A stretch of DNA of 57,328 nt from NCBI GenBank assembly GCA_023231475.1, contig JALJEE010002142.1, positions 1 through 57,328 of the forward strand. Direction: 5' to 3'. The DNA comes from Seison nebaliae. Lineage: Eukaryota. The notes under the pieces are model-generated. The model searched no databases and had not been told where the DNA came from. It saw nothing but the letters and a program-made list of their open reading frames with translations. A program made the position numbers and the translations under genes. Each line of letters begins with the position of its first letter. The stretch's first letter is position 1. Below, piece by piece: positions 24,973 through 37,261 of the stretch.

Positions 24973-25687
24973 CATCAGTTCATTCAATCATTCAATAAAT
25001 AAAAATTTCGTTTTTTAATGACTATTATTAGAGCAGTATGTTATAGATATCTTATAAACAGTCATTTACTATCGAGATGTTAAGAACAAGTAACTAGTTC
25101 GTCAATTAATTCGAGTAAATGACACCCTATTATTAATAAATATTTTTTCTATCTGTTGCAATCGACCTCATTTCGAAATTTCAACATATAAATAATAGAA
25201 TAATGATGGCAATCTATATTTTTCTAATTCTCGTACTCATTCAGTTCTTTTGTCGGATAATTGTCAGATAAAGCTATTGAATACCAAATTTCTCATCTAT
25301 TCTCCTCGTCTATTCTTATTTCATAATTTTCTTTCGGAAATTCAACCACATTCTTTCTAGATAGAATAACAGTTTGATACAATCCTCCTACACCTCCTCC
25401 TCAACAGCCTCATTGTCTATAACCAACAAAATGATTGTCGTTAATTGATAACATAATTAATTTTATCATTTATATGTTCGTCGTTTATTCAATTTAGGAG
25501 AACGTCATTCCGTTCGATTAAATGTCCGATTGAATTACACCATCCGACTAATAAATATTTTTTATGTTGCATTTTCTCTTCAATTCGTACTTATTTATGT
25601 TCTCTAAAATTTCATGTAAAAAAATTAATGTTTTTCCATTCTTAATCTATTCATTTCAAATCTTTTTTTTATAGAAAGGAAAAAGAA

Positions 25688-28600
25688 ATGTTTTTGAATT
25701 CTCTTATTGGATTGACACTGATTTCCGTTTATCAAACAATCGTCATTGATGTGCAGGAATCTTCGCAACGGAATCCAATGAAAAAGTTTGATCGAAGTGG
25801 TCAGAAAATTCGGAAGAGTTATGAAACGATTTTGAAGAAAGATGAATCAGTTCTTCGACATTTCTGTTCCGGTAAACACGATGAACCGAATCGAATATTT
25901 TTAAATGAAGACGAATTGTCTACAAATTTCCAATTGAGTTGTGGAGAATCGAAAGTTTCATCATCATCTTGGTTCAAAGGAAGAATTAAATGGAAAGTTC
26001 ATGGAAATCAAACCGTTTATTTTGAAGATCAATCGATGAATTTGATTTATGTCAATGGAATTAATTACGAAGTAGTAACATCGACGATAATTGAATGTAA
26101 TAAAACGAGAGAGATTAATAAAGAAATCTTACAAGAATCTACTTGTTCTCATTCATTGATAGATGATGACGATGTCACTTCGTATAAATGTGAAATATTT
26201 CACGTGAAATTTGAAAAACCAAAAGTCTTCCATGAAAATCGTCAAGTCAGCCATCATATAATTCGTCGCGAAAATCTTATTAATTTGGAATGTCGATTTT
26301 GGCACAATATTCCACAGAATTATATTTCATCACAATTCATTATCTGGAAACATAATAATATGGAAATTATGGAGAATTCTACTATTTATTCCATGTCGAA
26401 AAATCTTCTTCAGATTAATCCGAAAATTTCGAAGGAAATCTTCGGTTTATATTCATGTGAAGTCGATCTGATGTTGAGAGAGATGGTTTATGATTATTTG
26501 AATGATGAAAATGATAATCGTCATTTCGATGCGGAACAGAATATTGGTGGTATTTTTGATGATTATTATGCATATGATGACACGTCATTTCATCAATATT
26601 CGATTGATACGAAACGAAAACGAATTCAACATTCTATCGTCAATAATTATATGAAGAAGATTCGATTAATCGACTCAACAAAAAATGAATTTTATTTGAT
26701 AAATAAAATTATTGGAAATCGGATAAATTGGAATCAATTCAAAACATCACGTATCATTTCGACGACTGATAATTATCAATTAAATTGTGCAATTAAAAAT
26801 TCGAAAAATATTATTTGGTTTTTCAATCATCAAATATTGAGCGATGAAAACAGATTTCATCATATATCGAGTGACGGATGGATTAAATTAAATATCAAAC
26901 ATTACTTAAAGAAATTTGAAAAGAGATTTTCCTTGGAACATTTCCAGGAAACTTTTAATGGAATTTATGCATGTCAATTCAAAGAAGTGACGATTGATAC
27001 ATTCGTTGAAATTAGTCCAGGTATTTCGAAATTAATCGATTCATATCCGAAAGCTTTTGAAAACTTGTTGAGAGAATCGTCAAGTGCAATTGTATCAAGC
27101 AGAAAATTGAAAGACAATTCGATTTCATTGAAGAAAAATGATTCCTTTCAAATTGTTTATACAATTCCTTTTCATTTGAAGAAATTGATGGAAATAGAAC
27201 ATTTAGAAATGAATCTTGAATGGCAAATGGTCAATGGAAATTCGAAAATTTCGACTCATGTTCAAAATTCAAAATATTTTTCACTATTTTCTATTGATCA
27301 TCATTCTGTTGAAATGGAGAATGTTGAATTGACATGTTATGTTATTTCGAAGAAAAATCGAAAATTTCAACTGTATCAATTACAAATATATTTAAGTTCG
27401 AGAAATTTGAATGAAATGCAGTTTTTATCTCATGTTCATCTAAAAGAATCGATAAACTCATTTTTGAGAATTTCTGATGCAAAAATTCAAACTTCACCAG
27501 ATTATCAAAGTGATAATTATGCAGCAATATTTGATGGTAATTTGGAGTATAATGATGGAGAAGAAATGGTAATAAAAAAGAAGAAGTTTATTGAAAAGTT
27601 GACTGCAGAAATTGACGAAAATTTAATGATGAAAGATGATAATGAGAAAGATTGTTTAATTTGTCTCCTCAATGATCAAATGAGTGAATCGTCGAAGATT
27701 ATTCTTTTTCGGAATGACGAAATCAGTTTCGACGAGAAAAACGAACAATTATTATTATTAACTGGAAATCGATCAACCAATAGCGATTACATTTGGCAAG
27801 AAGGCAAATTCACTTGTGAAGTGAATAGAAAATATTCACCGTCAATTGTTTGGACAGAATTGCAAGCCGGTTTCGACAAATGGCGACACGTCACAATAAC
27901 GAGTGGAAATTTGAAATTCTGGAACCATAAGAAAATTACTAATATTGACTTGGCTTCTTATCGGCTATTAGATATGGATGATATAAGGATAAATGAGAAT
28001 AAGATGGAATCGATTACGTTTATGAAATTATCTTATCCGATTTATGAAGATGAAAGACTGGAGAGAATTAATATTCAAATGGAGAATTGGAATAATTATT
28101 TGGAGATATTAGATACACCAGAATTGTTGATCGATGTGAATGAAATAAATCGGAAGAGTTATGACTGTTCGACATATCAAACGTTTGTTGCTCCTTTCTC
28201 GAAGAAGGATGGAATTCAATTAAATAATCGCCGTGGAAATTGGTTGCTGAATTTGAAGACACTTGGGAAGAAGAAGGAGAAAGGTTTGTCATCAAATCAA
28301 GGCGAATTAAATATTGAGTTGGAAGAATTGCTGAGGGAATGGGAGAATAATGATATTCTACAATGTCTCACAGTAAATTCCGATTTAACGATGACGGAAT
28401 TTAATAAAGAAGAAATATTATCAGTTAAATTAAAATTCGTCGAGAAGGAAACATATTATTTGGGAGAGCATAAAGTGATTGAATTGAATTGTACCGACGG
28501 TGAAATTGGAGATAATGTAATGAATTCAATTTCATGGATAATTAATGGAACACATGAAATAATGGCGAGGCATTCTTTTATGAATACGAACGATAATTTT

Positions 28601-29748
28601 CAATTATATCCGAATGGCTCCTTAAGAATTAATATTGGGGATAAGAATGTTCATTTATTCGAAGGTGATTATTATTGCATTTCTAGAAAACGAAATTATA
28701 AAAAAATTCGTACAATGTATCATTTGGAATATGATTCTTACGAGTCATCCATCTTTAGTGATGATCATCATTTGAAGTCGAAGATCGAACAGTTAAATGA
28801 TCTGACAATGAAATCGAAAAACATCTCAATGATTTCAACAACTCAACGAATGAGCACGAATCAATTAATGATCATCATTATTGGATCATTAAGTGCTTAT
28901 GTTTTCTGCATTGTTATCTGTATTATCATTTATCGAATGTGCAGACAACGTTTAAGGAATTTTGATGATGAAGCGAAATGTTTTTCGATATTTTCAAAGA
29001 AGAATAACGAGAATGAAGAAGATAAAGGAAGCAATGATTTGAAAAAGATCAATAAGAAATTTATGTGCTGTAATGACGATCGATTAAGATGGATTATGAG
29101 AGACAAAGTCAATTCTGATACAGCATCATCACCTACTGGTGTCAGTACGTTAACAACAACTTATCGAGAGAATGAACAAGATATCTTTCAAAAGAATTGT
29201 GTTATAACATCTGGTGATGAGAAGTATGATGAGAAACATTTGACAACAGATAATAGTTATAGATCCAATTCAATATCAACAGCCAAATCGAATCGTTTAA
29301 GAAGGAATTTGTCTTCATCAACTAACAGTTCTCGACAGTATATGGATAATCAAATGAAACAACATAATGGTAAATATTTACATCCCAATTCTTTAAGATC
29401 ACATCCACATGGAAGTCGTAATAGTTCATCATCCAATAATAATAATAATAATAATAACAACAACCGTAATAGTCATAGTGCAAATAATAGTATGAAGAAT
29501 AATGAGAGTCATCATAACAATAATAATAATAATAACATTTTTCTCCTAACACATAGTGATGGAAGTACAGTTATTCATCCTTCAAATAATCCATTATCAA
29601 TTGATGATAATGAAAATCGTAATTCACATTCAAATAATAATCGTCATCCAAGAAAGATCAATCATTCAGTCGAATATTTAGGAAACGGTATTTTTATGAG
29701 AGATATTGAAGAAATACCGATTAATCCATCACAACAACTCATTCAGTC

Positions 29749-29779
<31 letters not shown>

Positions 29780-30610
29780 CCACATCATCCTTATCAACAA
29801 AATCATTCAATATCTATGAATCCAACAGCAATGATGGATAACTGTCAAGGAATTAATTTACCTAAAACGAATTTATCAGGAAATGAACAATTTCCTACTT
29901 CGAATAATCATCAATTTGGTTCGACTAAAACTAAACCATCGAACCAACTCACTACAACGTTCGGTGATTTAAATATGAATGAAAATCAATTTAATTCATG
30001 GAGACGGAAGCCCAATCAAGAGATGAATGATTATCCAACAATTCAACATAAAAGAAATAAAGGAAATAGTTTCACGGCACATAATCTTATCACGAGATAC
30101 AAAATGACAAATGGTAACGATTCACAAGAATATCGACGTATTCCCAAAACAATTATGCACAATAATAATCATCATCATCATATTCAACAACAACAACAAC
30201 AACAACAATCAGACCAACAACAGTCACATGGTTACCAACCAAATGTTCAATATTATAATCAACATTCATATCCAATCCAATCACAATATCCACAGCCACA
30301 ACATAATAATTTATCACCTTCCATTCATGATTATGGAAGTGTTCATCTTTCCAATCAGACATTATCAATGAAAGCACCTTCATCTATAGCGTTGGAGAGG
30401 CAAGCAATTAAATTGGACGGTAAATCGATGAAATTAGGGAAATGTGAAGATAAAGCAACGTCGTCGACGTCCTCTATTCATCTCCAATCATTACATCCAA
30501 CCTTACCAATAACTGGTCCAATCGAAGATGCAAATAGTTCTCTTTATGCAGTTGATGATGATGACAATGCATCCGATGTCATTAGTGTAATCAGCTCGAT
30601 CAACAATTGA
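25688..30610 (+). CDS. Type I membrane immunoglobulin-superfamily receptor/adhesion protein, 1640 aa, intronless CDS
   Basis: Signal peptide; several Ig-like C..W..G.Y.C units (LECRFW..IIWKHN..GLYSC, LNCAI..IIWFFN..GIYAC, LNCT..ISWIIN..NGSLRI..GDYYC); TM LMIIIIGSLSAYVFCIVICIIIY; long N/Q/H/S low-complexity tail. An acceptor-like TTTTTTTTATAG ends at 25674. Confidence 0.8.
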
Positions 30611-31971
30611 TAGATGAATATTTATTTCTTTCTCCTGTTTTCCTTTCATCTATCAACACTTCCACTTCCATCGACATACAAAGACACCCGCACACCGAAT
30701 CATCGATCTACCATTTTCATATTCGAAATGAAACACATAAATATTTCCATTTAATAATTTTTATTTGCTCTTATTCTTATGTTCTGGAAAAAAAATAAAA
30801 TTTTCTGTAATCACTTCCCATCACGTTGACCGACGGAAATCGAAAATCTTCATTTTCAGTTTCTTAAATAAATATTGCACATTTGATCGAAAGTTAACAT
30901 AAATTCAGCAAATATTATCGTCTTCATCTTTTATCTATTAATCATAATTACATTGTTACATCACTGTAGGAGAATAATCGGTGGAATAAAATTAGTTTAA
31001 CTATCTACATCTTACATTTGTTTAGTTACGAGAAAATTGTAGATAGCACTCAATTTCTCATTGATCGACAAAAGGAAATTAAATTAATCGAAGAACCAAG
31101 AAGAAATTGACAAATGCACGAATTTAGCATCCTACTTTGATTTATGATACGCGCGTAACAAGCGCCCACACATTCCACCATAAGGTAAGAAGTTTTCTTT
31201 TCTTGGTAGTATTAAAAGAATAATAAAATTCTGATGCTTAACCGTTAGCAATAAGATGAGGTATCTTAGTATTCGAAAGTGCTTCCTTCCCTCTCAAAAG
31301 AAGAAGAAGAAGAAAGACATAAAGTAAATCAATGTTGTTTTTTTCAACAAATCGAATATTAGTCGGATAATTATCTATCCTTATTAGTATTTTTATCAGT
31401 TATGGTATCACGAATACTGTATTAGTTTCCTGTCATCGATATTCCGCACACCAGTCATCATATCGATTAATAACTGAAAGAAGAATAATTTGTCTTCCTT
31501 TTCTTCTTTCCTCTTCCTCTTCTCCTTCTTATTCTCACTTTCATCTCATTCGTTTAATAATAATGATACAATAATATCAATAAGAAGTAGTATAATCTAT
31601 TCACGTAATGGAACCAGTAAGAATCATTTCTACTCAACTAATTTTATGGTACTCATCATCACAAAATAAGCTTAATTCATATTAATGAAATTTTCAGGTA
31701 TGCTAAAAGCGAAGTATTATCGTCATATCTGTTCATCCAACTAATCACCTGAATTCATCATCATCTTTAGCTGATCTTTCTTCTATAAATTCATGTTCAA
31801 AGAACTCCCTTCTTTTTCTTTTTTATTATAGATTTTCTCTGACATTCGATTTCCATTTGCATTCAGAATTACTTCTATCTCCGCCAATTTCGACAAGTTT
31901 CGTCGTCAGACTATTTCTTTCATTCTTTCTCCTTTATTACGTTCTTTATTATAGCTCCAATACAATTCGAT

Positions 31972-32286
31972 ATGAGATTTCTAGCTGTCATTCTTTCCAT
32001 TATCAGTATGGTTGTCAGTATGCCGAATATGAGGTCGAATGACAGATTGATGGAAAATGACCTCAATGAAGCGTTATATCGTTTATTGAATGAGGACATC
32101 CAACGAAGTGATATTTATTGGCCGTATTTTACGGAATTTAAACGATTTATGCCACAAGGTCGATTCGGAAAGCGTCATCAAACTAATTCGCTTCTAACCA
32201 AGCGTTTTATGCCACAAGGACGTTTCGGAAAGAAGAATTATTATGATATGATGCCATCATTCATCCCCCAGGGTCGATTTGGTTAA
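31972..32286 (+). CDS. Luqin/RYamide-type neuropeptide precursor (PQGRFamide x3)
   Basis: Signal peptide MRFLAVILSIISMVVS, then KR-FMPQGRF-G-KR, KR-FMPQGRF-G-KK and terminal FIPQGRF-G-stop. PQGRFamide is the C-terminus of molluscan/annelid luqin. Confidence 0.85.
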   Translation: MRFLAVILSIISMVVSMPNMRSNDRLMENDLNEALYRLLNEDIQRSDIYWPYFTEFKRFMPQGRFGKRHQTNSLLTKRFMPQGRFGKKNYYDMMPSFIPQGRFG

Positions 32287-34027
32287 AAGAAATACGTTGT
32301 ATGAAAAGACGAGAAATGAGGGAAGAAACATCTAAAATTTTTATATGACTTTCAACTATTACAATTAATTATGACATGTTGAACACGAACAAACTTTCCT
32401 TTTTTTCCAAAAAAGTTTTATAGTTTTCATCATTTCATTTTATTCCTTAAATGACACCTTACGTTCATCAACCACATAAGATATTCTCTACTACTTCTAC
32501 CATCTTATTTTCCCTACATAATCATTATATAATTAATATAATTTATAATATTATTGTTACTTTTCTTCTTCATCATCAGACTGCCATCAAACTTCATCGT
32601 AAGATAAAAGAACTCCATCATAGTCGGAACAATCCTTCCAGTAGACTTACGTTGTTATTCAAATCGATTTTTATAAAATTAGTATTGGTTTTAACAACAC
32701 ACCCAAATTCACATTCCTCCAACTGGCATTGATATAACATACTAAACTGTTACAATAACAACTATTACTACGACTATTACTAATTCCATCTACCATTTTG
32801 TGTATATTAGAGTTAAGGTTAGATGATTGATTAATTTATTGTTTGTAAATTGTTTTGGGTGTTGTTATTAACTCAGCTGATGAGAGATGTTTACAATTCA
32901 ATGAATCGTTCACAGTTGCCAAATGTCTAAAATCGTTCAAAGTTATCGACTAAGAACTTACAATAAATATTTAACGATACGTACCAATTGGAATGCTTCT
33001 TAGTTTGGTGTTTAATGAGAAATAAATTATCTTTCCAGAATCATGTCCTTCATAATTCCTTTCTGAAAGCGATTAGAATTATTGGAAGGATGAAATGAAT
33101 TAAAAGTAGTTTGTTATAGAGCTTCGGGAATTCTCTATAGTCGAGAATTTGAAATTAAGAAAATTCAGTCAGTTATTGAAAGATCGAACTACCGGTATTT
33201 GTTGACCGAAATGAAAACAGAACTGTTTCCGAAACTCATTTCCAAAAGACATAGGAAATATGAGGAACTAGCACATATATATATATATATAGTTCTTGTT
33301 TTCTTACCTATTTTCTTTCGTTCTTTTTCCGGTTTACTCACCAATTTTTCCTAAAATTGCCATTCTATTTAACTCAAATTTAATATCACATTTGATTGAT
33401 AACGAAAGAAGAACATATTGTTTCCATAAGCTGTACAACTAATTCTGGAATTAATTTGAACCGAATTTTATTGTGTCTTCTGTTAGAATTCTTCCCTATT
33501 TTCTCATTTCGTTTTCTCATATATGTTAATTGAATGATTACTGTTGAATGGTTTCGGACGATCGAAATCGGACCAGCTCAAATTCGTTTAGTTGTTGATT
33601 GACGAATGTTTTTATTTGCTTTAATATCTTTAGAGTTGTAGAACTTATTTGAAACACTTAAAAATTTGTTGATAATATGATCTGGAGTCCGTGGCCATTA
33701 TTGTTTTGATGATGTTTCTCTAATGAGTTTAGGAGAAGAATATTTAAATATTTTCTGTCTATGAAAATTTCTAACTGTTGAATAACTCTCTCACATTATT
33801 TATGCTAATTATTATGCTAACTATATTCTACTATCATCTATTTTTCTCCCGATTCAAGGTTGCTTTTTTCACTTTTTCATAAACTTACTGGTGACATGTA
33901 ATAATTCGTTCGTCGTTGAATATAACCGTCTAAACAATATTAAATGATCTTAAACAAATTTAAGAGAATAGTTTGATAAAAAAAACGAAGCGAAATAATC
34001 GGATTTGTAAGAAAAAAATAAACAACA

Positions 34028-37000
34028 ATGACTTATCAGATTTCTTTATTATTCTTATTGTTAATTCCATTAATTCATGGAAGTTACTTTTATTTATTTC
34101 ATTCCACTTAATCATCATCAATTATCAATTAAGATTATGTTCAGTATTGTATCAATAGTGGGAAATATTATGCGGAGAATATTGACAAACAAACCAACTG
34201 TCAACAATATGGAGATATGGAAATTCTTACAATAAATCCGAGCTGTAAAGATTTCTTCTATATCGGTTGTTTAAGAACTATGCGATGGAATCAATGTACT
34301 GCCGGAATGGAAAATATGAAGAACATCTCAATGGCTGACACTGTTTGTAACATGAAGCGCAAAGGCGTCGCGTCTGATATTTACAAAGTTTTCTATACTT
34401 CTCCCTCCTCCATATTCTCAAAATGTTTTTCCTTTTTTTCAGGAATGTTGTGATTGTTGTCGTTTAGGAAGACAACAAGCTGAAGAAGCTAGTGATCTCG
34501 ATTGTAATATTGAAATGGCGACAAAATTATGTTCAAAAAGTTATCAAACTTGTTGTGATAAACAAAAAAACCAAAAAAAACAAGAAAAACAAAAAGAAAA
34601 TTCAAATAATAAAAGTTTAAGAGATAAATGGAAATGATAAAATTATTTTTAAATTTGAATTTTCTAGTTCCCATCATTTCTTATGATGTGATAAAGACAC
34701 CTAATTTCTTTGGGGAATGTCCCCGAGATCATAAATGTTCGCATAAATGTCGTATGGAATACGGTCGACCCCATTGTTTCTGTTCAAAAGGATTTGAATT
34801 GAAATCAGACGGACGAACTTGTACAGGTTCAATTTTCTATTAAAGCAATTAAAATACTTATAAGACAATTAATTTATATTTCATTGAAATTTAGATATTA
34901 ATGAATGCCAGAAAGTGGGTTGTAATCCATTATATGTTTGCGAGAATACTATCGGGTCCTATCGATGTGTTAGAGAATGTCCTCCTGGATACGAATTATC
35001 TCCATATGGAAATGAATGTCAAGGTTTCCAATAGAAGTTTCGCACAAATCTTCAATTTCATTTTTTAGATATTAACGAATGTTTAACTAATGAGTTCAAA
35101 TGTGATTTGGGAATGATATGTGAAAATGTTCCCGGATCTTATCGTTGCATTCGTGAATATTCCTGTGGAACAGGTTACGTTTTGAACGAGGATAAAACAG
35201 ATTGTCTAGGTTAGTATTTTCAACAGTTTTCTTTTAAGTAGCATAATTTTTCATGATAATTCAATAGATATAAATGAATGTAAATTAGATATGGCTAACT
35301 GTGGGGATGAATATAAATGTAAAAATACAATTGGAAGTTTCAAGTTAACTTCATTATCGAATATATGTGTATTGAAAAGTGTTCATATTCTGAAGGTGTA
35401 TTCCGAAGAGTTGTAAAAAAGGCTATTTAATGAGTGGTGACCGTTGCGAGAAAATAAAATGTGCTTCTGGTTATCGATTGAATGAAATGAATGGAACATG
35501 TGTAGGTTAAATGATTTTGTATTAATTGTCAATAATGTATCGAAACTATTGAACAGACATTGACGAATGTGAAGAAATGAGTCCTTGTAGATACATTAAC
35601 CAAAAATGTACAAATACACCTGGTAGTTATTTCTGTAAGACGGAAGTTGATTGCGGTACAGGAATGAGGTTCATTAATGAGAAATGTGAAGGTTATTCTT
35701 TTAATTTGTTTTTCTCTTCCATATTTATACTACAGATATCGATGAATGTTTAACTGGCGATAATAAATGTCCTAAAAATTCAGATTGTAGAAATCTTTAT
35801 AGATCATACACATGTGAATGTGAGACGGGTTATGAATATGATTCTATAAGAAATACTTGCACAGGTTGAATTTAATTCGATTTCTGTTCTTATTAATTTT
35901 TATGGTAAAAGATATTGATGAATGTTCAATTTATTCGGATATTTGTGGATATAATGCAAAATGTTCGAATTTGCCGGGAACATATAAATGCATTTGTAAT
36001 AGCGGTTATGAGAATACTCCTGACGGTAAAGAATGTGTAGGTTAAAATGAAAAATGATTAATTTGGGGATATAAAATTTGAAAAACTTTCAGATTCAGAT
36101 GAATGTAAAATACCGAATATTTGCCATCATAAATGTGTGAATACGAAAGGTAGTTATTTCTGTGTCTGCAATGCCGGTTACTATTTAGATGAAGTAAACA
36201 AGAGAACTTGTATCGGTTTATTTTCTTAAAAGTTTTTTCATATTTATTTCATTTTATTTGAATTGAAAAAGATATTGATGAATGTAATCAAGATGGTAAC
36301 AAGCCATGCTTGGGTAAATGTCTTAATTTACCTGGTTCATACAAATGCTACTGTCCTCCAGGTTGGGAATTAAAAGGAAAGAACAATGATATTTGTGTCG
36401 GTTGGGAAGAAGAAATTTTCTTTAAATTAATCTTTATTTATTCCATTGAATTTGATAGATGTGAACGAATGTAAACGGAATAGAAATACATGTGCCACCG
36501 AAGAGATTTGTCTCAATACTTATGGAGGACATAAATGTTTAGAAATTAATTGTCCACCTGGTTATGAGATGATGACAAATAATAACAGGTTTATCAAGTT
36601 GCTTAAAATCAAACATTAATATCTTATTAAATTTAGACGATGTAAACGAATTGAATTGAATTGTCCCCCACAAGATTATGATTGCCTCAATTCACCAGTC
36701 ACATATTCTTACAATTTTTTCTCATTCCCTGATGATATCAAAATTCCTGCTGAATTATTTGCAATGCGTGGTCCTGAAGGATTTAGACAAAATGTTGAAT
36801 TCCAACTGAAATTCTTACGGGCTGAAGATCCGATCACTCGGGAGCAGAGAGCATTCCGTGACAATTTCTACTTAGAACACAGTTCGGAACATGAGGCAGC
36901 CATTAAATTAGTGAAACCGATTAAAGGTCCTCAAGATATTTATTTGGAAATGAACATGAGAATTTATCAACATGGACGTTACTCTGGTACGGGAACCGCT

Positions 37001-37036
37001 AAGATTTCATTGTATGTGAGCAAAAAGGATTTTTAA
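34028..37036 (+). CDS. Fibulin-1/2-like extracellular matrix protein, 15 exons
   Basis: Signal peptide [18 protein letters not shown]; anaphylatoxin-like modules ([15 protein letters not shown]); an EGF plus nine calcium-binding EGF modules (DINEC, DIDEC, DSDEC, DVNEC) mostly bounded by phase-1 introns; fibulin-type C-terminal domain ([15 protein letters not shown]...ISLYVS). Confidence 0.9.
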
Positions 37037-37261
37037 TTCGTCGTTTATTTATTTTAATTTCAAATGATTCAACTCAACAGATTTTCTCTTTTCGTCTAAC
37101 ACATTCACCTCTTCCTTCCACATCTTCTTTATTCTACATCTTTCCTTCTATATCCCTGTGATTCATCCCGTCGAGTATTTCATTAAGAATAAGATATTGT
37201 TAATAAGAATCATTTTCATCCATTTGAAGAAGACTAAAGTTAAGTAAATAACACTTTTTAA

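Noticed and set aside
29322..30383. Poly-Tyr, poly-Val and poly-Ile ORFs overlapping the Ig gene, and other short antisense ORFs across the window
   Set aside because: Shadow frames of AAT/CAA codon repeats and of real exons.
37153..37175. TCCCTGTGA resembling mir-125
   Set aside because: Seed mismatch, no hairpin, and it lies in the fibulin 3' region.
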